NCBI GenBank assembly: GCA_049999805.1
Contig: JBNGIO010006164.1
Coordinates: forward strand, 151,939-215,081
Direction of reading: 5' to 3'
DNA length: 63,143 nucleotides
From: Folioceros fuciformis
Lineage: Eukaryota
Part shown: positions 32,117-42,741 of the stretch, one piece after another
Layout of the letters: each line of letters begins with the position of its first letter
Position numbering within the stretch: the first letter of the stretch is position 1
Translations under genes and position numbers: made by a program
The notes under the pieces: model-generated
Told to the model about the DNA's origin: nothing
Seen by the model: the letters and a program-made list of their open reading frames with translations, nothing else
Databases searched by the model: none

Positions 32117-32652
32117 CAGGTAGAGCAGACTTGGAGCCACCTCAGCCTCCCATGTGGATAGAGTGTTCGTACCGTCTTGGAGTGCGTTCCCTTCCTTGTA
32201 CTACCAGGGATGGTGGCAAGCAGAAGGGGCCAGAAGAGGTTCATACGCTCGTGTAAGATGACGACACGGGTCTGCAATTGGCAGCCCTGCGGCTGCCAGC
32301 ACCGAGGTCCAGTGCACTCACAGACATTATGTACCGGCATGGCGTGCTTTGATGTCCTGTCCTCGTGACCTGCCAACGTGTACGCAATCCGAAACTTGCG
32401 TCGTAGACGAGCATGTAAAAGTTGTTGACAGGACGCTTACACGATTGCTCCGGGAAGCTGTGAGCAGCTTAATTACTCAATTCCTCCCTCTCGGACCCAT
32501 AAGGTGAAGGCCTCTTTTTCCGGATAACTCCCCTGCTCCTTACCTTTTTGTTGATTCCTATCCCATGGCCACCTTGAAAGTTCCTGTCACCTGTTCAACA
32601 TTGCTTGACCAGGTAGAGGAGACTTCGAGCCACCTCAGCCTCCCATGTGGAT
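32117..32652. repeat. 43-bp dispersed direct repeat pair (32117-32159 and 32610-32652)
   Basis: CAGGTAGAG(C/G)AGACTT(G/C)GAGCCACCTCAGCCTCCCATGTGGAT, two mismatches. Confidence 0.85.
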
Positions 32653-33218
32653 GGACAGTCCTTCCTTAGGAGCGCGTCCAACAAGGAAGGTGTGAGCGAG
32701 CAGCACAAAGGTGAAGGCCCCGCCGTTTCTCCCCACAACTCCCCAACCTTTTGTTGGTAACCTAAATCACTAACGAGAACGAGGACCATGTCGTGCATTT
32801 GCCAAGTTGTGGTAGGTCACATCTGCTGGCTCTGAGGGTGGGCATTGTGCCGTCTCTGACTCTCCTTGGCACCCACCCAGAGTTTGCAAGCCCTGATGCA
32901 GAGCCGTGCTTCAGTTGCCACCTTCGCGTCGCGGTAATTCCGTTGCACGACTTGGCACTGGAAGAAATCGGACTCGAGCCAAGAGCCAGGATGTGGAGCC
33001 TCCAGTGCAGCATCCTCATCTAGCTAGGCTAGCATCATAAGCTACAGTTAGGCCTCCCAGGTCAAGGAGTGGCAATGGAGGTATATGGTCCGGTCAATAC
33101 ACGCGTGCCACACACATTCACAGTTTTCATAGTCGTCAACCCACTCCAACTCACCAATCCATGCCCCCCCCTGCCGAGTATGGATGGACATGTATGCACC
33201 CACGTGTCAAAGCCTTGC

Positions 33219-36200
33219 TCACGCCCGATCCCCACACGAACAGGAGCCATTTGCAAACCGGTGCACACGGTGGGCATCCCTTACAATGATCTCTCGCCTC
33301 TCCAGGCGTGACATTATCTTGGTGCTCCCATGGCAGTCATTGCACATACGAAGGTTCTTGGTCACGACCAGAGTTGTGCCATCTGGAGTGTTTACAAGGC
33401 CGTATGCCAATGCCAGTTTCTCCGCATGTCCACACAATGCATCTTCCTTTTCGCGGTCAGACATGCTAGTCTTGAGCACCAGCTCCTTGTGTGGCACATG
33501 GCCTCCTTCTACCTTCAGCCTCAGATTCATGCTCCTCAACGTTGAACCAATGCCAACCCTGTCTTCCCCCACAGTGAACACGTGCACCTTCTTCTCCACT
33601 TCAATGCACGCCTTGGCAGGCTTCTTCCATGCACCTGCGCACTTCCTCAATCTTTCCACTTTCTCTACATCCGTCCACAACCCAGCATTGGCAAACATGC
33701 TCCCCAAGAGAACATACGGCGACGCATCTTCAGGTTCCAAGCACACAAGGCGTTCAAAACATCTGCGAGCTCGCTCTAGGTCACCGTGGATCTTGCAGGC
33801 ACTCAGCAACGATGTCCATCCCACTGCCTCGTTGGTGAGGGCCACAGATTGCAGCACCCTTTCTGCTTCCTCCAGGTGGCCCGAACGGCCCAGAAGATCA
33901 ACCATGCAACTGTGATGGTAATCAGTGGGCGCAATACCATGCTCCTCCACCATCGTTTTAAAATGTTGTCGTCCTTCGTTCACCAGCCATGCATGACTGC
34001 ACGCAACCAAAAGACAACTAAACGTAGCTTCGTTAGGCTTCACCCCCTCCTCTACCATCTCTTCAAAACACTTCAAAGCCATATGCCCATCGCTGTGTTC
34101 GGCATACCCATTCAGCATGGCATTCCAAGTCGTCACATTTCTGCTAGGCAGTCTATCAAACACCTGGCGGGCGTCCTCCAGGCTCCCACACTTTGCATAC
34201 ATGTCCACCAGGCTGTTCCCCACAACAACATCACCCTCCAGTCCCCTTTCCCGAATCAGAAAATGCACAAGCTTCCCCTGATGCAAAGCGCCTACGCTTG
34301 CACACCCTTTCAAGAGCCACATGAATGTGACGAGATTGGCTGGGATGATGCTCTCCTGCTGCATACCTCTGTAAAGCTCCAGGACTTCTTGTCCACAACC
34401 GTGCTGAGCATACCCTCCAATCATGGCGTTCCATGTTACGACATCCCTTTTCGCCATTGCGTCGAACACTTTGCGAGCATATTCTAAGCTACCACACTTT
34501 GCATACATTTCCACCAGGCAGTTACACACAACAATATCTAGTTCGAATCCTCTTTCCTGAATCAGGGTATGCAACTGTTTTCCCTGCTGCAATGATCTCT
34601 CACTGGTACACGCTTTCAGGAGGCACACAATCGTGACTTGATTAGCTGGAGTGACCCCTTCCTTCTGCATGCAAGAATAAAGCTGAAGGGCATCTTCACC
34701 CCGCGAATGTCGCACATATCCAGCAATCATGGCAGTCCACGTCACAACATCTCTTGCAGGCAATCTGTCAAACACCGTCCGAGCATCCTCGATGCTCCCA
34801 CATTTTGAATACATGTCCACAAGGCAGCTGCCAATACCAACCTCAGCTTCCAGTCCATTTCGCTGGACCAGAAAATGGAGGTGCTTACCCTGATGCAGAT
34901 CTCCCACACTAGCACACGCATTTAAAAGGCACACAAAAGTAACTCGGTCCGCTGGAGTCATGCCGTTCTGCTGCATCCTTCTAAACAGGTCCAGGGCTTC
35001 CTCACCAAACCCACGCTGAGAACATCCTGCAATCATAGCAGTCCAAGTGACCTCGTTCCTTACTGATAACCTTTCAAAGACAACGCGCGCGTCCTCCAAG
35101 CTCCCACATTTGGCATACATATCCACCAGACAGCTGCCAACAACCACATCAACTTCCAACCCCTTTTCCTGGATCACCAAATGGAGATGTTTACCAGACT
35201 GCAAATCTCCGATGCTGCCACAAGCTTTCAGAAGACCAGCATATGTAAAGTGATTTGCAACATTGGGGGCCCCTTGCTCCATAGTTGCATAAAGTTTCAA
35301 AGCTTCCTGGCCAAATCCATGCTTAGAATACGCTGCTATCATGGTATTCCAAGTCACAACGTCCCGGGTGGCCATCAGGTCAAAGACTGCGCGAGCATCC
35401 TCCAGGCTACCACATTTTGCATACATGTCCACCAACGAGTTGCTAACGAATATGTCTGGTTCACATGCGCCAACGACAATATCATCATGGACATGCTTTC
35501 CAGTAGCAAGATCCCCTGCAATCGCACATGCTTTGAGAACTGCCACAAAAATATGATTATTAGGCTTCACAGCGCAATGTTGCATCCGTCCATAAAGGTC
35601 GATGGCTCGAGTAGGCTGTCCATGATCTGCATGCGCCTTGATAATGGAAGCCCAGACGAAGGAGTTTGGCAAATCCAGGTTGGTCAGGACTTGCGTTGCT
35701 TCTTCCAACATGGCATGAGAAGCATACATTCGGATAATGTGGTTGGCCAGAAAAGAATTAGCCCCATGCCCGCTTCTCAAAGCAAGGAAATGAACACGCC
35801 TGCCAAGAGGCAAACTTTTGTGCCCTGTACACCTCTTGAGCAGGGTGTAGAGAAGACATGTGTCAACATAAGCTCCTTGCTGCACTAGGCATTCCATAGC
35901 TCCAATAGCCTCAATCAGCTCTCCCTCCTCACACAGTTTACTCCAGGTTTGGATCTGCTTATCTCGTTCATACCTCCTCACCAACCTGCAAATGTTAGCA
36001 CCAGGAGGCAACATTGAGGAGGAAGAGACAGGTGATCCAGCTGCCAGTTGAGCATCCAGCGTGGCTAGCTTCATCTCCAGCCAAGCAGGATTGTAGCGGT
36101 TGTTTAGCCACAGGGGCTCCTTGGTCACCTTATGCCTGAAGTCGGGATGACGAGGACTCTTCTTGTCCTGCCTATTGTCCCACCACTCGGCCGGATGTGA

Positions 36201-36419
36201 GAAAAACTGTTGCCACAATTTCTCCTGTCTATCTTTCAGTGAGGTCGTCCGTTCACTGCCATTGTCTGCACAAGGACGTGCTCTTATGTCACACTGCCCT
36301 GCACTGCCTGGTGTGAGTGGGTGAGGGTGGAAAGAGCAGGATAAGGCTCCGACCTGCAAAGCAACCTCTTCCTGTAGTGGTGGCATCCCTCCACTGACGA
36401 GAAGCGGCTGGAGAGCCAT
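33219..36419 (-). CDS. PDF-motif + PLS-E-DYW:KP PPR protein (candidate U-to-C editing factor)
   Basis: ORF 33219-36446 with first ATG at 36419. LWQQFFSHPAEWWDNRQDKKSPRHPDFRHKVTKEPLWL, WKKPAKACIEV, GHAEKLALAYGL, CNDCH, ends CSCGDRA. Confidence 0.95.
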   Translation of the reverse strand: MALQPLLVSGGMPPLQEEVALQVGALSCSFHPHPLTPGSAGQCDIRARPCADNGSERTTSLKDRQEKLWQQFFSHPAEWWDNRQDKKSPRHPDFRHKVTKEPLWLNNRYNPAWLEMKLATLDAQLAAGSPVSSSSMLPPGANICRLVRRYERDKQIQTWSKLCEEGELIEAIGAMECLVQQGAYVDTCLLYTLLKRCTGHKSLPLGRRVHFLALRSGHGANSFLANHIIRMYASHAMLEEATQVLTNLDLPNSFVWASIIKAHADHGQPTRAIDLYGRMQHCAVKPNNHIFVAVLKACAIAGDLATGKHVHDDIVVGACEPDIFVSNSLVDMYAKCGSLEDARAVFDLMATRDVVTWNTMIAAYSKHGFGQEALKLYATMEQGAPNVANHFTYAGLLKACGSIGDLQSGKHLHLVIQEKGLEVDVVVGSCLVDMYAKCGSLEDARVVFERLSVRNEVTWTAMIAGCSQRGFGEEALDLFRRMQQNGMTPADRVTFVCLLNACASVGDLHQGKHLHFLVQRNGLEAEVGIGSCLVDMYSKCGSIEDARTVFDRLPARDVVTWTAMIAGYVRHSRGEDALQLYSCMQKEGVTPANQVTIVCLLKACTSERSLQQGKQLHTLIQERGFELDIVVCNCLVEMYAKCGSLEYARKVFDAMAKRDVVTWNAMIGGYAQHGCGQEVLELYRGMQQESIIPANLVTFMWLLKGCASVGALHQGKLVHFLIRERGLEGDVVVGNSLVDMYAKCGSLEDARQVFDRLPSRNVTTWNAMLNGYAEHSDGHMALKCFEEMVEEGVKPNEATFSCLLVACSHAWLVNEGRQHFKTMVEEHGIAPTDYHHSCMVDLLGRSGHLEEAERVLQSVALTNEAVGWTSLLSACKIHGDLERARRCFERLVCLEPEDASPYVLLGSMFANAGLWTDVEKVERLRKCAGAWKKPAKACIEVEKKVHVFTVGEDRVGIGSTLRSMNLRLKVEGGHVPHKELVLKTSMSDREKEDALCGHAEKLALAYGLVNTPDGTTLVVTKNLRMCNDCHGSTKIMSRLERREIIVRDAHRVHRFANGSCSCGDRA

Positions 36420-39298
36420 TCCAGCCACCACGAGCGTCTGGTGCACAGCTTACCGTGAAAATCCACGACTTATCATTACAGAATGGGTACCTCACCCAAT
36501 TACCCAGCTCTCGCCCCTTTGGCTCATGGACAAGTCGTGGTTGGGGCCCAATTTCGACTCCTGAACGGAGAGGAAGGTGCTGCAACCTACTCCATGCTCC
36601 TCCTGCACTCCCGTTCCCGTTTGCATTGGGCCATCGTCAGTTCGTGTGCAGCGATTATGCCCACACCTTACAATGGGTGGGTAGCTCATGCGTGATATGT
36701 ACAATCTTTCTGTCTATATTTCTAGACTTGCTCGCACTTGACGTCCATTGCAGAGAACTCTATATAGATGTTGGTGGTATGGAATGTTTCCTGTTAGTGA
36801 CTAATTCCAAGGAACTCTAGAATTCAATCTATAATCCTAGCTAACACTTCTGGATCATGACTAAAAATATTTTCTATCAATCCCTCTCCGAAATGGTCTT
36901 GGTTAGTCTAGCTTTATTCGTGAGTAGCTCATATAATGGCAGCCTTGAAAGGATGAGAATGAACTTGCCCCAAAGTTTAGGATCTACGTTTATGTAGGGC
37001 TTTCCACATTGAGCTCATTTCTCACATACACATTGTTGCCTACTATAAATTTTCAAAGTAGGTCAATCTAAATCCTGAAACATATTGTTATTTTCACATC
37101 CTCAAGAACAAGGAACAAGGAGGAGGAGCCATCTCCAAGTCTTCAGCTACCTTCTTTCAACACCTGGCTCCTAATTCTCAAGCCTCAAAGAAAAATTTGT
37201 GTGACACACAACATGACAACATTGGTACAGACAAACTAACCCATATGATTAAGTGTATTATTAAGTGCACCGCTATACATGTGTTAGTGCATAAATTCAT
37301 TTGCCTTTGCATGACTGTCGCGTAACATTGATAAACGACTTCAACAACAAGTTTTTGTAGCTTTGTTGTAACACAAATAGAAGACAATACAACCAGTAGC
37401 AAACAGAAGATAGAGCTAGGGCACAAAATGTTTTGTATAATTTGTTTCAATGCAAGCTTAACTTGCAATTGTGGAGCTAGGGTACAAAATGTTCTTTGTA
37501 GTTGTGGAGTTGTGGAGGAGATTGCAAGAGATGACGCAAAATCATTCATGCTACATAGATGGCATAATAATGTGAGCTCCACTTGTAGTTATCAAACGAG
37601 GGCACAAAATGTTTCTTGTTGGTAATGAAACACAACATAACATGGTAGTATTCCAAACACAATACTCCTTCACTCAAGTCTTGCAATGAAGTATATACTT
37701 AGGTAAGCCACGAGATGTGGTAGTACTTATGTGGTAAGTACTTCCTTCGAAGCCAGAGATCTAGGGGAGACAATCAAGCCCTTGGCATACGCTTTCTTCA
37801 TCGAAATCATAAGTTATCCACCTTAACAATCAGAAAACCTACGGCCATAAAAGAGAATCCCCATAAAGATCCCACTAGATTAAGCACTAAACAAAGTGAT
37901 TTCATATGCAGTAAAAATCTTGGCTAATTCCTCAAAGTTGGTCACTCCAGTAAACCCATAAATCATAGGACACCCAAACAACAATATTCCAGATGGAAAT
38001 GCACCTAAAACAAAAAAGCCCTAGAATTTGGCACGCGCTTTCTCGTTCGAGACCACAAGTTATCCACCTGAACGTCAAGACAATTAAGTAGCTCATGGGC
38101 TGTGCACATATGCTGTCATCGCAAAGCCCTAACCCAAATCACGAAACAAAAACCTGTGGCCCACACAAAACACAGCGAGCGCCTGTGTCAGATGAGAACG
38201 GTGAGCCCATGAGCACAATAAAACGCACCCACTGGGCAAACTTTGCTTTCCACAAAGGATGAACAATTTTTGGCTTTCTCTGCTGAATCGAAGGTTTGGT
38301 GTAGAGCCTGAAGCTGCAGGCCTGACGACCCAATCTGTCGAACACCTCTTCAAATAATACATACACTAGGAAAATTTTGGAGAAGCTGCTTGAGAGTCAG
38401 TCAGTAGGCAGCGTCTCCCTTTTGACTTCCCATCATCTTACCCATCCCATCTACCGACATTCGATTGGAAGTCTTGCAGACAATCCTAGCAGTCTATGAT
38501 ACAGTATGGATGCCCGTTACTTCGTCCCTCGACTCATTTTAAGGATTGCTGTGAAACAAGGTCGTGATCAGGCTGGTGTAAAACCATGTCCATGTTCGCG
38601 ACATCCATCCAAACCTCCTCACAGTCGAACAGATCAGCTCATCATCAAATTCATCTGTCAAATGCTTGATCCATTTCAGTCAAAACCTTAATCAAGAAGC
38701 TAGCCAAAGCACATCTCTGACGTGAGATTGATGATACAGCACCACAACAACCAACACGCCTATCTCAGAAAACTTGGGATGGACTTCACAACAAGGCTTG
38801 GGAGAGAGGAGAGTGGCCAAGGAAGGAAGGAGCTGCTCACTATGACCCAACCACTCAACTTCACGGTAAGTATTGCATGTGCCCTCATCCCACAAATGGG
38901 CCATAGCCTGTGCACTACACAGCCGCCGACTTGACATTTTAAAACTAGGAAAGTGACCCAACATACACACATATAAAAACCTCGAGGCACTACAGAAGTC
39001 AGTTGAAGCGGTTTGCAAAATCTTCTCAACGTGGACACACAAGTACTAGGGCTACCTGGACCATTTCGGAAGCAAGGCTGACACAGGACCAACAACGGGA
39101 TATTAACACTGTATGCCGTGTAGCCAGTGCTGTGCGCTTACCATGACAGCATCCGCCTTTCAGCTGGCAAGCAGCCCCTTGCATGTGCTCATCCTCTTCG
39201 CAGGAGTTCTTGAAATACAGCCCCGTTTGAATAATAAGAATGATGTGTGCTGCTGTAGAGACAGCCACGGGAAATGCAACAGGGGGCTCTCCCTCTCA

Positions 39299-41776
39299 TC
39301 ATCGAATGTGGGTTCTACCCATCGCCCCCACACCAGCATCTCTCACGGCACTCTGATACACAAACAAGGCATTACACTTGTGTGTCATACGGATCACCTA
39401 TTGATAGACACAAGCAAACCAGACTCACCTGAGACCTTGGGGAGGGAAACACATTCCAGAAGCGAAGCGTCTCATCTCCCGCACCAGTAACAATGGTCTG
39501 CCAGCCACAAGACACACTTTGGATCAGAAAGCTGTTGTGACAGGTACAGACACAGGTACAGGCCGACCAGAGTATCAAAAGAATACAAGCAAAACCAGGT
39601 GAGAAGGCATTCACCTGTCCGTCTGGAGAGATGGCCAAGTAAAGTACCCTGTAAGTGTGCCCTGTAAGCGTTGCAAGCTGAAACAAGAGAGAACAAGGCA
39701 TGCAATCAGCTAACAGGAAAACTCGTCATGCTTCTTTATGTCCACCCCGTATTCAACAGTGCACTACAGCCTGTTTGAACAGCAGCATCAGCGAAAGTAG
39801 AAAACGAAGTGTTAAGAGGACCAACTTTTGACATGGACGGATATCTCCATACGATTATTTGATTCTGGGAGTAGCCGTGAGTGCTTACAAGTTCATTCAC
39901 GTTCTTGGACCAAACTAGGTTACAAACCTGCCAAGTCAAACATCGTCACAGCCCATCACTCGAACAACACGTTGGCACCAGTTTGACTGTTTCTCAACCA
40001 CCACAGAGGGCAATTCTGACTGCTCAATCAACACACCTGACTGCCAGTATCGACGCACGTGAAGGCACCAGAGTTTGTTGCAGTATTCCAAAATCGGATG
40101 CAGCGATCTGCCGTACCACCACCAGATGCCAAGACTCCATGCTGGTGAGGTGACCAAGCAATTGCTTTCACGGCTGCTGTATGATCACTGAATTTCAATA
40201 CAGGCTGTGTGGATTGCATGTTCCACACATACAACTGATTATCATTGCCACCAGAAGCCAGTTCACGGTCATCATAAGACCATTTCAACCCACAGACCTG
40301 CATAACATCCACTACCAGCTGTGAGGCTAAATGCCACAAGTGCTTCAAAAGTTCCGGCCTACATTCTGGTTCGTTCCTCCCCCCCCTGGTAGATCAGGGT
40401 ATAATACGACTCTTGCGATGCAAAACAAGGACTGTCGGGCAAGAACAGAGGGGGCCCTACCTCGGACTTATGGCCGACCAGTCTACTGACATAGTCTTCT
40501 TGCACTCGCACATCCCTCTGGAAGATACTCCGGTCTCGACTCCCCGAAGACAAGATGTTTGAGCTCCATGCCAACGTCCCAACCCTGGTACGATGCCCAG
40601 CCATAGTCCTCACTTTCCTGCAACGAGTTGCATCCCAAATCTGCAGGTCACACTACGACTTCAGCTAAAATATCTAGCTTGAGAAATCATTCAAAGAGAG
40701 GGAGGGTGACCAGTATGATTTAGCTACACCTACCTGTACTTCCCCGAGTGTGGTGCCAACAGCTAAAAACGTTCCCCTTTGAGTCCAGCCAACCGAGCAG
40801 ACGCCATCGGTTGGCCCCAAATTGCAGAGCTTGGTCACCTGTTTGTTTGTTTGAAGGGATCAGCCCTCAATCAAGTGAACTTGACCCTTTGCAACTGCTG
40901 CAGGGGCTGCAAGAATCACAGCGGAAGACGAACTACCTTACCTGGCTGGTGCAAGCACTCCAAAGGTACACACAAGTCCCCAGGCCCACTGCCAACACGT
41001 TATGCGAAGACCAGTCAACCAGATTGAGATAGAAGTCATCTTGGAGAGCTGGAGCATCGAGAACCTGCTTCAAGAAGGCATCCAGAGCTTGGTACCAGGG
41101 ACAAAGGAGGCAGCAGTGGTGGTGGTGCTGCCTTGCACACGCAAATTCTTGCTAGTAGTCAAGAAGAAGAACTGACCTTGTAGGGAGACCTGGCAATCTT
41201 GCGCGGCGTCTTTCTTGGGCTGGTAATGGATCCAGCAAGCGCCCCATCCAGCCCGACCGGCGAGAGCGAAAAGGGGGACTCGGGCTTGACATGCGTGGTC
41301 CCACCATGCCTGTCGTTTTTGAACCTCAACAGATTGCCTGGACTGAGCGGGCTAGGTCTGGGATCCCGCGGTGTCAGGCTGGTCACCCTCTCAGGAGTGG
41401 TCGGAGACAAAGCGCCCGAATCCATCCCGAAGAGCTCCGTCCTGAGCAGCATGGAGTAGGCGGCAGCCCCATCCTCCCTGCTGTCGTTGATGTGCCCGAA
41501 ATTGGATCCCGAAGACGACTTGTCGATGAGCTCGAAGCCTGTGAGGTTGGAGCCCGACCGGCTCGGGATGAATCGGTCGCTGTAGGAGGTAGCCGAGCTG
41601 CGCGTGGAGACAGAGGAGGATGAGGCGAAGAGCGGGCCGGCTGGGTGGCGCGATATGTGAAGGTTCTCCGTGTCCAGCCGCCGAAGTGACTCTCGGAACA
41701 TCTGCGAGGGCAGGTTCAGTGCCGGAGAGCGAGCTGACCCCGCCCTTCTCTCGTCCGCGGGTGCACTGGGATCCAT
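39299..41776 (-). CDS. CCS52: APC/C activator Cdh1/Fizzy-related (CCS52), multi-exon WD40 protein
   Basis: C-box [68 protein letters not shown]. Last exon [17 protein letters not shown] gives the IR tail. GT-AG introns. Confidence 0.95.
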
Positions 41777-42741
41777 TCCTTTGTCTTTCCAGCAACCATG
41801 TCACTCCTTTCCGCACACTCCATACCGTAGCCGGACTGCCCCGCTCGTCACCATAGCCGTCGCAACAACCCAGAACGACCTGACCTGACTTGACCGGCCT
41901 GCACAAGCTAGGACTTTTGGCTCCTGCTCTTCCCGTTTACATACAGCAGCGCCAACGCCAGAGAATCCGGTCCGCTGATGTTCTCAGCAGCAACGCTATC
42001 GCCCACAATGTCGTGGTCGCCTCGTTAGATGACAATGTCCGGGCTCCAGAGATACACACGTACCAGCCCGAGGATGAAAAGACGCAAACGGGAGAGACAC
42101 TTCCAGATGGAGAGTCAGACAGACATCTAGGTGTGTAGTAGCCCTGCTACTGCATCTTCGGTTGCCCTACCCGCTCTTGTTACCTTCCCTCAACCGCACC
42201 TTGGCAGGCAAGGAAGGCAACGGATTTAAACCTCCTGTCCCATGGCCTGTTTCAACTTCCTTCCAGCTCAAGCCAGCTTGAGCTTTCCACAGGTTACACT
42301 AGCTTAGGTGTGTACGCAGCCTAAATACCCCCCTCGGCTTTCACCTTCCAGTGCAGTGTGCACTGTAGAAGGCAGAAATTTGAACTGAGTGCGGGGAAAC
42401 CGAACAAAGCAAGTAGATTACCCCTCGTTGCTGCTTCTGTGCACACACATCTAGCCACGCTGACATGCAGAAGTGGGCGGCAACCGCGACATGGACTGCA
42501 AGCTGATTGATCGGCTAGCTCTGTCAGGAATGTCCTTTCTCCTGCTGGGCGCCGTTTCAAGTCACGCCATCGTCTTGGGTGTTCCTGGGCTGGCGGCAGC
42601 TGGTTGGAAGTACGTTGCCCGCCTGCGCCCACAAATTCTTGCCAAATCTTCTGGTTGAGGCTGGGTGAGATTTCACGCAAAGCGCCGGTTCAGATAGATT
42701 TCTTTGGCGGGTGGGTTTCGGGGAGGATTGTTGTCTCTGTC

